Shown piece by piece: positions 44,123 through 55,106 of a DNA stretch of 64,000 nt (position 1 is the stretch's first letter; each line of letters starts with the position of its first letter). The stretch covers positions 1 through 64,000 of the IMG/VR virus record IMGVR_UViG_3300025858_000010. One strand, written 5' to 3'. The DNA comes from a virus (lineage: Duplodnaviria > Caudoviricetes). Both the position numbers and the translations under genes were made by a program. The notes under the pieces were generated by a model. It searched no databases. It was not told the DNA's origin and saw only the letters and a list, made by a program, of their open reading frames with translations.

Positions 44123-45223
44123 TTATTTATTAAAACGATTAAAACTATTTTGAGATATCAAATTTAGTTCAACTTTACCTATAAAATCATCCAATGATAA
44201 TTTCCCAGTATAAGACATAGCTGAAGCTAAATAATGTTTAAAATTTTCTGTCCATCCTTCTATAGTATATTCAACAGGATTTATTCTAGTCACTCCTTCT
44301 GAAGTTTTCAGATATTCATTACCCAATAGTTTTTGAACACCTTTAGTACTCATTCCTCTAAATTTCTTATAAAATTTTGCACCATTTTTAAAAGCATTTT
44401 TAACCCCATCAGAATATTGATCAACTTTTTCACCTGGTTCCAACCATCCTCCAGTTGGAGTATCGTGATGAATATTAGCGCCATAAGTATCCCCTGCACT
44501 TTCTAAGGATTTGTTTAGAATACCACCGATCATAACATAATCAGATCCTAATGCTAAAGATTTAATAATATCAGAATAATTTTTCATTCCGCCATCAGCA
44601 ACAATTTTAGCTGGGGATTTTAAAGTACAACTCATATCATAACACTCTGAAATTAGAGATGCCATTGGATATCCAACACCTACATTTTGACTTGTTAAAC
44701 AACCTGAACCGCCACCTATGCCAACACGAACGAAATCAGCACCGGCTTCTGATAAATATTTATATGTCTCTGGATTTGCAACATTACCAATCATAATAGT
44801 AAGAAGTTTATATTTTTCTTTAGCTTTTTCTATCAAAGTAATTAATTTTCGCATATGTCCGTTTGCTATATCAATAAGGATGAATTTTTCAAAAGTATTG
44901 CGCGCATGTTCAGGATTTATATAATATTTATTGTAATAATCATCATTTATAAAACTGTCTTCAAATTCTTTTAATCCAATAGCTTTCCAAGCATCATCCA
45001 TCGCAATATTAACAGTAGTTCTTGGAATTATTGGATATATTTTATTTTCGTGAAATATTTTGAAATTATTCATATTTACAACAGTATCCATAGGAGCTGT
45101 AAATAATGGTAACATACCATTTTTATCGAATACGTTAACATCCTTTCTCGAATTGATCATACTATTAGCACAAGGCTGAATTAGCAAATCATCGAAGTCA
45201 AATTTGAGTTTATTATTAATCAT
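44123..45223 (-). CDS. IMP dehydrogenase / GMP reductase family (no CBS domain)
   Basis: FDDLLIQP, APMDTV, IDIANGH, RVGIGGGSGCLT, ADGG, FRGMS. Confidence 0.85.
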   Translation of the reverse strand: MINNKLKFDFDDLLIQPCANSMINSRKDVNVFDKNGMLPLFTAPMDTVVNMNNFKIFHENKIYPIIPRTTVNIAMDDAWKAIGLKEFEDSFINDDYYNKYYINPEHARNTFEKFILIDIANGHMRKLITLIEKAKEKYKLLTIMIGNVANPETYKYLSEAGADFVRVGIGGGSGCLTSQNVGVGYPMASLISECYDMSCTLKSPAKIVADGGMKNYSDIIKSLALGSDYVMIGGILNKSLESAGDTYGANIHHDTPTGGWLEPGEKVDQYSDGVKNAFKNGAKFYKKFRGMSTKGVQKLLGNEYLKTSEGVTRINPVEYTIEGWTENFKHYLASAMSYTGKLSLDDFIGKVELNLISQNSFNRFNK

Positions 45224-45233
45224 TGATTTTATA

Positions 45234-45707
45234 TTATAAGGAAATAATAAAGTTTATTAAAAAAATTAATAATTTTATGAATCCTGCAATTAAAGCCGAC
45301 CCTAAAATTAATCCGATTGATCCAAGGAAAATATATAGAAATAGTTGATGGTTTTTAAATTTATACCTCAAAACCAATAATACATTAACATCGTCTATAT
45401 AATCTTTTCTAGATAAAGATACTAATTCAAATAAACCGATGCTAAAAAAATATTCAGATATAGAGTTTATATAACTATCTACCTCAGTATCAAGATATTT
45501 TTTAACATCAGTTTCAATTGGATTTTGTAAATTTGATGGTACTTTATAGTTTTTGAGTATCTCTTGTCTGCGTTCTGGTATACCAATTATAGTATATAAT
45601 CTACCATATTTTTTATCATATTTAAGTTTATATCTTTGAGTTATAATCTGTAAATTATCATTTATTATTTTTCTATATTTAAAATATCCAAATATCTTTT
45701 TAAACAT
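45234..45707 (-). CDS. Membrane protein
   Basis: C-terminal TM segment. Confidence 0.6.
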   Translation of the reverse strand: MFKKIFGYFKYRKIINDNLQIITQRYKLKYDKKYGRLYTIIGIPERRQEILKNYKVPSNLQNPIETDVKKYLDTEVDSYINSISEYFFSIGLFELVSLSRKDYIDDVNVLLVLRYKFKNHQLFLYIFLGSIGLILGSALIAGFIKLLIFLINFIISL

Positions 45708-45770
45708 AAGAAACCTCTTTTTTTCTTATATATTCTAATTTAAAAAACTTGTTTTAATTATTTTTTTATT

Positions 45771-48700
45771 TCAGTTAACTTTATTACCTTTTGAAGTCTG
45801 TTCGATTTCTTCGTTTTCTTCGTTCTCAAAAGGTTTAGGAGTTGCCATAATTTTGACATTATCATCAAGACTTTTAACATATGTCAAAATATCTTCATAA
45901 AACTTATTTTTGGTATCTTCGACTATTGAACTTATATCCGGAGTTTCAACTTTATTTTCAATTGAAGCTGTTTCTTTAGTTTTTGCTGTTGCATTATCTG
46001 ATAATATAGATTTAATTTCATTTTTCTTTTCATCCAAAACTCTTAATGTTTCTTCTAACTTTTTATCATCAATTAATGATAAAATTAAAACGCCATTTGA
46101 GAATTTAGATAAATTTGTTAATGCTGTTGTATCTAACCTGGATAAAGATTCTCCAAAATCATTTATTGCTTTTGATAACATCCATATAGAAAAACTACCG
46201 GATATTCCCATAGATGTTATACTATTCATAGCGTCTGCTAACGTTTTAAGTCCTTCGGCTGATTCTTTAGTTGGTAAATTATCTACTAATTTTTTAATAG
46301 ATTTACTAAAATTATCTAAAGATCCACCGTCTTTGAACAAATCTTTGTAATTATCTAGTCCTTTAATGATTTTAGAGAAATCAATCATAGAATTTCCAGC
46401 ATCTTTCAATAAACTAAAATTATTATATCCAATAGAAGACAACATAGATATAGAAGATGTAAAAGATTGTATGGATTTTAAAACAGCATCAGACCATTCA
46501 GTTGGTGGATAATTTGTCCAAATAGTTTTTTCATTATCGCTAAATTGTCTTGCTGTCCACAATAATGCATTTATAGTTAAATATAGTCCTATCAAATTTC
46601 CAACGCTCATTGATGATCTATATACCATATCAATAAAAGAATTTATTGCTAAATTAACATTAGTCACCCATGTATCTGGTGGGTAATTCGTCCATATGTT
46701 AACATTATCTTTATTACTAAATTGCCTTGCTGTCCATAATAAAGAATTTATAATTAAATATAGCCCTATCAAATTATCAGTGCCTATTTCGGTTTGATTT
46801 ATATTGTTCAACACGTCAATAAAAGAATTTATTGCTAAATTAACATTAGTCACCCATGTATCTGGTGGGTAATTCGTCCATACATTAACGTTATCTTTAT
46901 TACTGAACTGTTTAGCTGTCCATAATAAAGAATTTATAATTAAATATAACCCTATCAAATTATCAGTGCCTATTTCGGTTTGATTTATATTGTTCAACAT
47001 GTCAATAAATGAATTTATTGCTAAATTAACATTAGTCACCCATGTATCTGGTGGGTAATTCGTCCATATGTTAACATTATCTTTATTGCTAAATTGTTTG
47101 GCTGTCCATAATAGAGATTTTATAATTAAATATAGCCCTATCAAATTATCAGTTCCTATTTCGGTTTGATTTATATTATTCAACATGTCAATAAATGAAT
47201 TTATTGCTAAATTGACATTAGTTACCCATGTATCTGGTGGATAATTTGACCATATATCTCCGCTATCCTCGAATTTTTCTGCAGTGTTGATCATAGCAGA
47301 TATAATACTATTCAAATTTTTGATATCCCCTTTACCAATATCCTTTTTTTCAATTTCAACTAAATATTTGAGGAATGTCCCGATAGATTTTCCAACTCCC
47401 TCAGCCCAATCACCGGTCGGATATATGCTCCATATAGTGGGATCATCACTAAAATCTTCAGCTGCGTCTATCATAGCTGAAATGGTTTTTCTCAATGTTT
47501 TAACATCACCCCTACCAATATCTTTTTTTTCAATTTCAGCTAAATATTTAACGAATGTCCCGACAGATTTTCCAACTCCTTCAGCCCAATCACCGGTCGG
47601 ATATGTGTTCCATATATCAGGATTATCATTAAATGCTTCAGCAGCATTAATCATTGAAGCTATTGTTTTTTTCAATATCTTGATATCACCCTTACCAACA
47701 TCTTCTTTCTCAATCTCAACTAAATATTTAACAAAAGTACCAATAGCCTTTCCTACTGCATCAGACCATTCTGAAGTTGGATAATTATTTACCGCTTCAT
47801 TCCAATCATATTCACCTATTATCTCAGCTGCGTCTATCATACCATAAGCCAATCTTCTTATACTCCTTGTTATATCTCTTCCTGTTATATCATTTTTGCC
47901 TAATTCAGCCAAAGGACTAGCAAAGGCGTTTATAGCTTCTCCAACTCCTTTAGACCATTCAGATGTTGGATAATTTGTTATTTTTGACCAATCAAAACCA
48001 TTTAATATATTAGCAGCTGTTATTATACCGTGACAAATATATTCTACGGCTTCTATAAAATCATCATAATCCACATCAGCTTCTTCTAAAGCGGCCAATC
48101 CCTTAGCAAACATCATAATAGCCCCACCCACTCCTTTTGACCATTCTTCATTTGGATAATTTCCAGACCAACCTACGCTACTCAGTATATCATTGGCTAC
48201 TGTCATGGCATTCGCTATTTCTATTATCTTATCTGATTGACTTTGACCAAATATAGATCCAAGGAAACTGTCTGATTCAGATAAAGCTGATAATCCTTTG
48301 GCAAATGCCATTATAGAACCACCAACTCCCTTTGCCCATTCTTCGGTTGGACCACCAGTATAATCCCCCATTGCTAATATATCAGCGACATCAACAATAG
48401 ATTGAGCAACGTATTTCATAACAAAACCGCCAATGATCACAAATGGTAATAATGATGTAAATAAAATTGTGGACATCCCGACAGCCAATAACAACGCACC
48501 AGTACCCAACGACCATTCAACCGTTGGCCCTTTTTCATAATTTCCTTGAGATAATATATTTGACACTAATACAATAATTCCCGAAACTCCTAATGTGGCT
48601 AATCCTCCAGCGACTAAAGATAATAAACCGAAAGAACCTAATATGGCCATAGTTCCAGAGAAAGCCACAATTGATAATCCTACACCAGCAGCCCATTCTA

Positions 48701-50852
48701 AAGAAGGATAATCTTCATAATTACCTAAACCTATAATTAAAGAAGTTAACATTATAGTTCCAGCAACGGCTAAAGTGGCTACAACTCCGACTAACATTGC
48801 GTCAGCAACTAATCCACCAGATGCCAATGTTAAAGATCCAATTACACCCATAGATGTTCCAAATGCTATTAAAGATAGACCAACACCAAGTGACCATTCT
48901 ATCGTTGGATACTCATAATAATCCCCTTTATTTAAAATTAAAGAAGTTAACATTATAGTTCCAGCAACTGCTAAAGTTGCTATAGCCCCAATTAACATTG
49001 CTCCTGCAGTCAATCCACCAGTTGCCATTATTATAAGTCCAAGTACTCCCATTGCACTGCCAAAAGCAATTAAAGACAATCCTACACCCAAAGACCAACC
49101 AACCGATGGATATTCATCATATTTTCCTTCATTTAAAATTATAGAAGTTAACCATATAGTACCTGCCACTGCTATGGTAGCTGCAGATCCTATAGTCATT
49201 GCTATAGCAGCGGAACCACCAGTCATTGATATAATACCACCGATAATCATCATAGCGGTACCAAAAGCAATTAAAGACAATCCTACACCCAAAGACCAAC
49301 CAACCGATGGATATTCATCATATTTTCCTTTATTTAATATCCAGCTCGTGATCATAATAACTGCAGATATTCCAATTAAACTCAGCCCACCAACAAATAA
49401 TTCTTTTGTACTAAGATTTAATTTTTTTATTGTCCAAACTAAACCAGCAAAAGCTAATATTACTAATCCTGAACCGATTGACCACTTCCAGTCCGGGAAA
49501 TTATCATATATACCCAAATTTAATAACCAACTACTCGCCATTATAGTACCTGAAGCAATTAATATATTGGTTGATGCTCGCAACATTTCTTCAGATTTAA
49601 TTGGTTTTAGGGCGTATATAGCTGGTGTTAAAAACAATACAGACAAACCTATAGCCAAACTAGTCATTATTAATTGTAATGATTGTCTAAATGAAAAAAA
49701 CTTAATACCTACTAATATCCAACTAGCTGCCACCAATCCTACTGATAAAGCTGTCACCAAGAGTCCTGCAGATACTACTTCTTTTAATGTGAAATCTTTC
49801 ATTTTGTTTATAAGAGGAGACATTAAATAAACTAAAACCCCAATAGTAACCGCTACAAAAACGGAACTTATCATTTGCATAAAGGATATGGGTTTTATTC
49901 CGGATAAGATCCATGATGATATTACTAAACCCTGCGCTAAAGCAGGAACTATTATAGGAACCATTAAAAATTGGTTAACGTGTCTATTTTCCAATTTAGC
50001 CTTGTCTAATGCTTTAGTTATCAACCACAAAGATGTACCTATAGCGGTGGCAACGAATATTGTCGTTATTACTTGTGCAAATGTCAATGGAACCACTGCT
50101 GCTAATATTAAACTAGATATAGCTATACCCAAAGCTATAAGTGGTAATACTAGAGGGAGAAGCATCATTTTTGGATAATCTTTTTTATCCAAATTAGATT
50201 TTTTAACAGCATAATATACTAATGGGAGAGATATACCCATAGCAGTTGCTGTAAATATAATAGACATCATTTTAGCAAATGATATTGTTGCGGCTAAACC
50301 AAGTGCCCAACTTGATACCATTAAACCAGTGGACATCACAACCATTATAGATGATACGATTGCAGCATCCTTCCATGTCATTCCTTCTGTTAATGAAGCC
50401 ACCATAACGAAAGCTCCAGCAATAAATACCATGGTCAATCCTATGCCGATAACTGATAAAAAGTCGACAGGAGCAATTAATTTTATAGCCAATCCAATAG
50501 CTAATATTCCGGCGGCTATAAGTGTAATAACTTTAACTGCGTCGATAATTTTCTTTTTATTTTCAGTTTCGGATATAGATTGAAAAACACCACCTTTTTC
50601 TTTATCTTTTTTAGATGCTCTAATTTCCTCTAAAATTTTATCTGTGGTATTTTCAATTTTGCCAACAGATTTAACTACAATTTGAAGATTTTTAACAACA
50701 GAACCCAAATCATTGTTCATGGCAGATAACATTTCATTTACGCTATCTGCATTTTCTTTTTTTAAATCCTCATTAAGTAACTGTACTATTTTATCTAATG
50801 CGGTTGTAAAATTCTCTAATCTATCGACAAATTTTCTATCTATTGTAGGCAT
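45771..50852 (-). CDS. Tape-measure-like protein with hydrophobic and YPxxEW repeats
   Basis: 1693 aa, helical, periodic Trp, long hydrophobic middle; late-promoter motif at ~50873. Confidence 0.6.
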   Translation of the reverse strand: MPTIDRKFVDRLENFTTALDKIVQLLNEDLKKENADSVNEMLSAMNNDLGSVVKNLQIVVKSVGKIENTTDKILEEIRASKKDKEKGGVFQSISETENKKKIIDAVKVITLIAAGILAIGLAIKLIAPVDFLSVIGIGLTMVFIAGAFVMVASLTEGMTWKDAAIVSSIMVVMSTGLMVSSWALGLAATISFAKMMSIIFTATAMGISLPLVYYAVKKSNLDKKDYPKMMLLPLVLPLIALGIAISSLILAAVVPLTFAQVITTIFVATAIGTSLWLITKALDKAKLENRHVNQFLMVPIIVPALAQGLVISSWILSGIKPISFMQMISSVFVAVTIGVLVYLMSPLINKMKDFTLKEVVSAGLLVTALSVGLVAASWILVGIKFFSFRQSLQLIMTSLAIGLSVLFLTPAIYALKPIKSEEMLRASTNILIASGTIMASSWLLNLGIYDNFPDWKWSIGSGLVILAFAGLVWTIKKLNLSTKELFVGGLSLIGISAVIMITSWILNKGKYDEYPSVGWSLGVGLSLIAFGTAMMIIGGIISMTGGSAAIAMTIGSAATIAVAGTIWLTSIILNEGKYDEYPSVGWSLGVGLSLIAFGSAMGVLGLIIMATGGLTAGAMLIGAIATLAVAGTIMLTSLILNKGDYYEYPTIEWSLGVGLSLIAFGTSMGVIGSLTLASGGLVADAMLVGVVATLAVAGTIMLTSLIIGLGNYEDYPSLEWAAGVGLSIVAFSGTMAILGSFGLLSLVAGGLATLGVSGIIVLVSNILSQGNYEKGPTVEWSLGTGALLLAVGMSTILFTSLLPFVIIGGFVMKYVAQSIVDVADILAMGDYTGGPTEEWAKGVGGSIMAFAKGLSALSESDSFLGSIFGQSQSDKIIEIANAMTVANDILSSVGWSGNYPNEEWSKGVGGAIMMFAKGLAALEEADVDYDDFIEAVEYICHGIITAANILNGFDWSKITNYPTSEWSKGVGEAINAFASPLAELGKNDITGRDITRSIRRLAYGMIDAAEIIGEYDWNEAVNNYPTSEWSDAVGKAIGTFVKYLVEIEKEDVGKGDIKILKKTIASMINAAEAFNDNPDIWNTYPTGDWAEGVGKSVGTFVKYLAEIEKKDIGRGDVKTLRKTISAMIDAAEDFSDDPTIWSIYPTGDWAEGVGKSIGTFLKYLVEIEKKDIGKGDIKNLNSIISAMINTAEKFEDSGDIWSNYPPDTWVTNVNLAINSFIDMLNNINQTEIGTDNLIGLYLIIKSLLWTAKQFSNKDNVNIWTNYPPDTWVTNVNLAINSFIDMLNNINQTEIGTDNLIGLYLIINSLLWTAKQFSNKDNVNVWTNYPPDTWVTNVNLAINSFIDVLNNINQTEIGTDNLIGLYLIINSLLWTARQFSNKDNVNIWTNYPPDTWVTNVNLAINSFIDMVYRSSMSVGNLIGLYLTINALLWTARQFSDNEKTIWTNYPPTEWSDAVLKSIQSFTSSISMLSSIGYNNFSLLKDAGNSMIDFSKIIKGLDNYKDLFKDGGSLDNFSKSIKKLVDNLPTKESAEGLKTLADAMNSITSMGISGSFSIWMLSKAINDFGESLSRLDTTALTNLSKFSNGVLILSLIDDKKLEETLRVLDEKKNEIKSILSDNATAKTKETASIENKVETPDISSIVEDTKNKFYEDILTYVKSLDDNVKIMATPKPFENEENEEIEQTSKGNKVN
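46560..47260 (-). repeat. Near-identical 186-bp tandem repeats (~3.5 copies)
   Basis: CATGTATCTGGTGG at 46669, 46855, 47041, 47227. Confidence 0.9.
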
Positions 50853-51003
50853 AAAAAAGCCGCGTTTTTCTTTTATATATTAAATACGCGACCTTCTTTT
50901 TTTTAAAATAGAAAAAGATTATGATTCCTATTCCATTATTATGGAATAGATTTTTCTAATTTCATCATCGTCCAATTTAGATAATAGATTTACAATATTG
51001 TGA

Positions 51004-51141
51004 TTATCTTTTTTTGAGATAGTCATAAATATATCTTTCCATAGGATCTGATATAAAATAATCAAGTTTTAATTTATCGATACCATCTAAATTAGTTAAT
51101 CTGTTACCATCGTTTTCTTTTAAATATTTTAAATGTTTCAT
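51004..51141 (-). pseudogene. Leader plus half family-B LRR relic (45 aa)
   Basis: MKHLKYLKENDGNRLTNLDGIDKL... Confidence 0.4.
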
Positions 51142-51151
51142 TTTTTTTTTA

Positions 51152-51571
51152 TTATTTTTTTAAATATTTTTCTTTATTGTTTGCGATTTGTGTTTGTAAA
51201 ATTTTAATTTTATCTTCTAATGCTTTTAATATTGTTTTATTATTTTTTATTTTTGCTTTTTGACTATCAATAAAATTCTTTTGATTTGTGGCGTTATTTG
51301 GATCATTTGGATTATTTGGCATCAGATCTCTTTGAGCGTTTTCCATTTGATTAATTTCATCAGAAATTTTTTGTTTTTGAATATTCAAAAAATTTATATA
51401 TTCTTGTGTATTAGTTATATTAGTTTTAACGTTTTTCTGTATATCTTGTTGTGGTTGAGATTGATTTGGATTCAATGGTTTTTTATTTTGCATTTCAATA
51501 TTAAGATCAATAGCATTTTTCATATCGTCCATGTTGATTGCTTCAGTGAATAATTCAAATTTAGTTATCAT
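51152..51571 (-). CDS. Coiled-coil protein with leader MITKFELFTE
   Basis: ORF; Q/N-rich coiled coil. Confidence 0.65.
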   Translation of the reverse strand: MITKFELFTEAINMDDMKNAIDLNIEMQNKKPLNPNQSQPQQDIQKNVKTNITNTQEYINFLNIQKQKISDEINQMENAQRDLMPNNPNDPNNATNQKNFIDSQKAKIKNNKTILKALEDKIKILQTQIANNKEKYLKK

Positions 51572-51666
51572 TATTTTATTATTTTTTTTACATTAAAATC
51601 ATTGTAAATAAATTTCATATTTTCTATATTTTATTTAATTCGAATATTTTAAAATCCTTTATTATT

Positions 51667-52551
51667 TTATATTCTTAAATTTTTTATTTTTAATGATTTT
51701 AAATAATTTTTATATTCATCAGTAAATCTATTATTATTACAATATAATCTTTCTAAATTGGTCAAATGTTCAATTCCTTCTAAACTAGTTAATTGATTAT
51801 TAGAACAATGTAAATATCTTAAATTAGTTAAATGTTCAATTCCTTCTAAACTAGTTAAATGATTACGTGAACAATATAATATCTCTAAATTCGTTAAATG
51901 TTCAATTCCATCTAAACTAGTTAATTCATTATTAGAACAATATAATTCTCTTAAATTCGTTAAATGTTCAATTCCATCTAAACTAGTTAATTCATTATTA
52001 GAACAATATAATTCTCTTAAATTCGTTAAATGTTCAATACCATTTAAATTAGTTAATTGATTACCAAAACAAATCAATTCTCTCAAAATTGTTAAATGTT
52101 CAATGCCTTCTAAATTAGTTAATCGATTATAAAAACAATCTAATGATATTAAATTCGTTAAATGTTCGATTCCTTCTAAACTAGTTAATTCATTATTAGA
52201 ACAATCCAATTCTCTTAAATTCGTTAAATGTTCAATTCCTTCTAAACTAGTTAATTGATTATAAGAACAATCCAATTCTCTTAAATTCGTTAAATGTTCA
52301 ATGCCTTCTAAATTAGTTAATTGATTACCAAAACAAATCAATTCTCTCAAAATTGTTAAATGTTCAATTCCTTCTAAACTAGTTAATCCTTTATAAGAAC
52401 AATCTAAAGACATTATTTGATCTAATGGTTTATTTTGTTCTTTAGCTAACTGTATTATCGGAGTATCATTATCGTCATCCCAATCTTCCTCACCATAAGG
52501 ATCTATATCCGATCTGTTTAATTGTTCAAATATTTTAAAATCCTTTATCAT
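51667..52551 (-). CDS. LRR protein, family B (11 repeats)
   Basis: MIKDFKIFEQLNRSDIDPYGEEDW leader; LTSLEGIEHLTNL repeats; cap NRFTDEYKNYLKSLKIKNLRI. Confidence 0.9.
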   Translation of the reverse strand: MIKDFKIFEQLNRSDIDPYGEEDWDDDNDTPIIQLAKEQNKPLDQIMSLDCSYKGLTSLEGIEHLTILRELICFGNQLTNLEGIEHLTNLRELDCSYNQLTSLEGIEHLTNLRELDCSNNELTSLEGIEHLTNLISLDCFYNRLTNLEGIEHLTILRELICFGNQLTNLNGIEHLTNLRELYCSNNELTSLDGIEHLTNLRELYCSNNELTSLDGIEHLTNLEILYCSRNHLTSLEGIEHLTNLRYLHCSNNQLTSLEGIEHLTNLERLYCNNNRFTDEYKNYLKSLKIKNLRI

Positions 52552-52552
52552 T

Positions 52553-52691
52553 TTATATACTTAAATATTTTATTTTCAATGATCTTAAATAGTTTTTATA
52601 TTTCTTGAGTAAATCTATTATTGTTAAACATATGGATCAATATCCATCTATTTAATTGATCAAATATTCTAAAATTCATGAAATTGTTCAT
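52553..52691 (-). pseudogene. Empty family-B LRR gene: leader joined directly to the C-cap
   Basis: ATGAACAATTTCATGAATTTTAGAATATTTGATCAATTAAATAGA..GATATTGATCCATATG followed at once by AATAATAGATTTACT..TATAAAAACTATTTAAGATCATT. Confidence 0.75.
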
Positions 52692-52707
52692 TTCTAATGA
52701 CAAATTA

Positions 52708-53655
52708 TTATTTATCGAATTGTTCATATCTGTCATCTTGAAGAACAACATCATTTGGAAGAGGTTCTGGATTTTCTTCTGAATATTCTTCTATCTTTAA
52801 TCTTTTTCTAGCTTCTATTGGATTATCCTCACTTCCTACTACTTGTTCTATTTCGTCTTCGGTTTCTAATTCTTCATCATTAATATAATCTTCAAAATCT
52901 TCCTCTTCTTCATCTATTAACCCCATTTGTTGTTTATTAAAATTTTCCCAATATTTAATCCAACTTTCATTTGGCATTTCTCTTTTATTTCCTTTATTTA
53001 ACCCCATAGGATTATCTTCTGTTCCGCGTAATATGTCATTATCTTCTTCTTGATAATCTTCTTCTTCACCTTCATCCCAATCCTCTTTTTCTTTATATTC
53101 TGGTTCCATACCTGGATTATATGTATCTCCTACTAATTCTTCGTCATCATCTTTGAAATTTTCATAAACATCATCGATATTGATTCTTTCATCATCTATA
53201 TCTTCATCTACATCATTATCTATTTTATCACTATATTCGTCTGTTATTTCATCTTCCGGATTTTCTATTGTGTGTACTGCCTGTATTTTTTTCTGTTCCA
53301 AACCTTCTTTTACAATTGGTTTTTTTGCCCATTCCGGTGTACCAGTAAATCCTTTTAATGGAATTTCATCGATTTTATTTCCTGTGATTTCTTTAAGAAT
53401 TTCTTTAAAAGTATATTTTTTAATTTCACCTGTAATCCTATCTGATATATATACTCTTTCATTTTGAACACTGTCAATAAAACCGTCAATTTTTTTAGTT
53501 AAAATATGTTTACCGATTCTCAGAAAATCCAATGTCTGATTTGAATTATTTAATGTTTGTTTTTTTGGAGTTGTTGGTATAAGATCTATATTTCCCGGAC
53601 CTTTTCCTTTATTCTCTACGCTTTCCTTTACGAAATTCTTAAAATCTTTTATCAT
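52708..53655 (-). CDS. Acidic low-complexity protein with leader
   Basis: MIKDFKNFVKE; D/E-rich; repeated GxEDNP. Confidence 0.7.
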   Translation of the reverse strand: MIKDFKNFVKESVENKGKGPGNIDLIPTTPKKQTLNNSNQTLDFLRIGKHILTKKIDGFIDSVQNERVYISDRITGEIKKYTFKEILKEITGNKIDEIPLKGFTGTPEWAKKPIVKEGLEQKKIQAVHTIENPEDEITDEYSDKIDNDVDEDIDDERINIDDVYENFKDDDEELVGDTYNPGMEPEYKEKEDWDEGEEEDYQEEDNDILRGTEDNPMGLNKGNKREMPNESWIKYWENFNKQQMGLIDEEEEDFEDYINDEELETEDEIEQVVGSEDNPIEARKRLKIEEYSEENPEPLPNDVVLQDDRYEQFDK

Positions 53656-53687
53656 TTTTATTATTATTATTTTTTATTAATGTGTTT

Positions 53688-54476
53688 TTATATACCATTT
53701 ATGCTTGGCATATCTTCTATCATACTCAATTCTTTTCTAAGTTTATTGATTTTTCTATCAATAATATGTTGAGGAGTCCTATTATAGACATAATTCCCAA
53801 CATCACTTATTTTTTTATTTGCTATTAACCAAATAGCCTCTGCTTCATACTCATTTCTTCCCTTTACCCATCCCTCAGTATATCCAGGATCATTGGGCCC
53901 TCCTTCTTCATATCCTTTTATCATAAATATTTTTTCATTATCCTTGTCTCCTTCAGATAGATGTATCAACAATTCATCGTATCTTCCTTTTAACCATCTA
54001 TGATACCAATTTTTGTTATTGATCATGAAATCACAGTTTTTAGATAATTCATTTAATTTATTTTTAATTTTCAAAGTTATTTCATCATCTTTTGGCCATA
54101 TTTCTTCGCCATATGGATCATCTAATATTTTATCATAATTTTCTTTAACGTAATCAGTTCCTTTATGTAATTTCGGATCACCATTCTTTGTATATCCTAA
54201 AGATTTTCTACTATCATTTTTTACAAAAGTCTCATATGAGTCTATGTGTCTATCCAATGGATTATCCCACCAAAATAAATTATTCATACCTTTATGTTTA
54301 ATAAGGTCATCTGATACCCTATCGCCAACATCACCTTTCATAATAGATTCATCAGGTCCGACTTTAACCTTTTGAGATTTATTTATTTCGGCTCTAATTC
54401 TTTTTAATTGGTCAACTGTTGATTGACGAGGTAAACTTTCAAATAATTTATCATGTTTATTAATTTTTTTCGTCAT
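53688..54476 (-). CDS. Hypothetical protein with DPYGEEIW
   Basis: ORF and motif. Confidence 0.7.
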   Translation of the reverse strand: MTKKINKHDKLFESLPRQSTVDQLKRIRAEINKSQKVKVGPDESIMKGDVGDRVSDDLIKHKGMNNLFWWDNPLDRHIDSYETFVKNDSRKSLGYTKNGDPKLHKGTDYVKENYDKILDDPYGEEIWPKDDEITLKIKNKLNELSKNCDFMINNKNWYHRWLKGRYDELLIHLSEGDKDNEKIFMIKGYEEGGPNDPGYTEGWVKGRNEYEAEAIWLIANKKISDVGNYVYNRTPQHIIDRKINKLRKELSMIEDMPSINGI

Positions 54477-54491
54477 TGTGGTTTTGATTTT

Positions 54492-54764
54492 TTAAAATTT
54501 TATTCTTGACGACTTACTATCCATTTTTTTATATTTAATTTCATCTCTTTTAATTTGTTCAATTTCATCTTTTTCGTTCCAGTTTTCTTCGCTATATGGA
54601 TCTACTTTAGAACGTTGATCGCTAATTTGTTTAGTATATTCATCTTTTAATTTTTTTGCCGATTTTTCAGATTTTCTTTTTTGTTTTTGATATTCTTCGT
54701 CAGGAGTCAATTCTTTCTTTCTTCCGAATAAATGAAATTCTTCAAAAGTTTTCATATTTTTCAT
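54492..54764 (-). CDS. Hypothetical protein with leader and DPYSEENW
   Basis: MKNMKTFEEF. Confidence 0.7.
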   Translation of the reverse strand: MKNMKTFEEFHLFGRKKELTPDEEYQKQKRKSEKSAKKLKDEYTKQISDQRSKVDPYSEENWNEKDEIEQIKRDEIKYKKMDSKSSRIKF

Positions 54765-54770
54765 ATTTAT

Positions 54771-55106
54771 TTATTTTTTTTTTAATTTCATGTAACTTTC
54801 AATCGAAGAAAATTCTTTTTCTATTTCTTCTATCGTATCTTTAATATTTGGATAACCATCTATTAACTTATCTTTTATATGATCAACCATTTCATACACT
54901 TCCGCATCATAGTGATACAAGTCCTGCATAAATTCCGCAATTTGTAAAGGCAGAGTTTTTTCTATCTGTTTACTCACGTAATTTATAGTATCGCCGAGTG
55001 CAGATATGATGTGTTTTTTATTAATCATAGACTGCATGACTTCATCTATTTTTTCTTCATCATTTTGATCGCCATCAAAAGATTCATATGTTTTTAATTT
55101 ATCCAT
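54771..55106 (-). CDS. Hypothetical protein with leader
   Basis: MDKLKTYESF; weak similarity to 55099..55644. Confidence 0.7.
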   Translation of the reverse strand: MDKLKTYESFDGDQNDEEKIDEVMQSMINKKHIISALGDTINYVSKQIEKTLPLQIAEFMQDLYHYDAEVYEMVDHIKDKLIDGYPNIKDTIEEIEKEFSSIESYMKLKKK

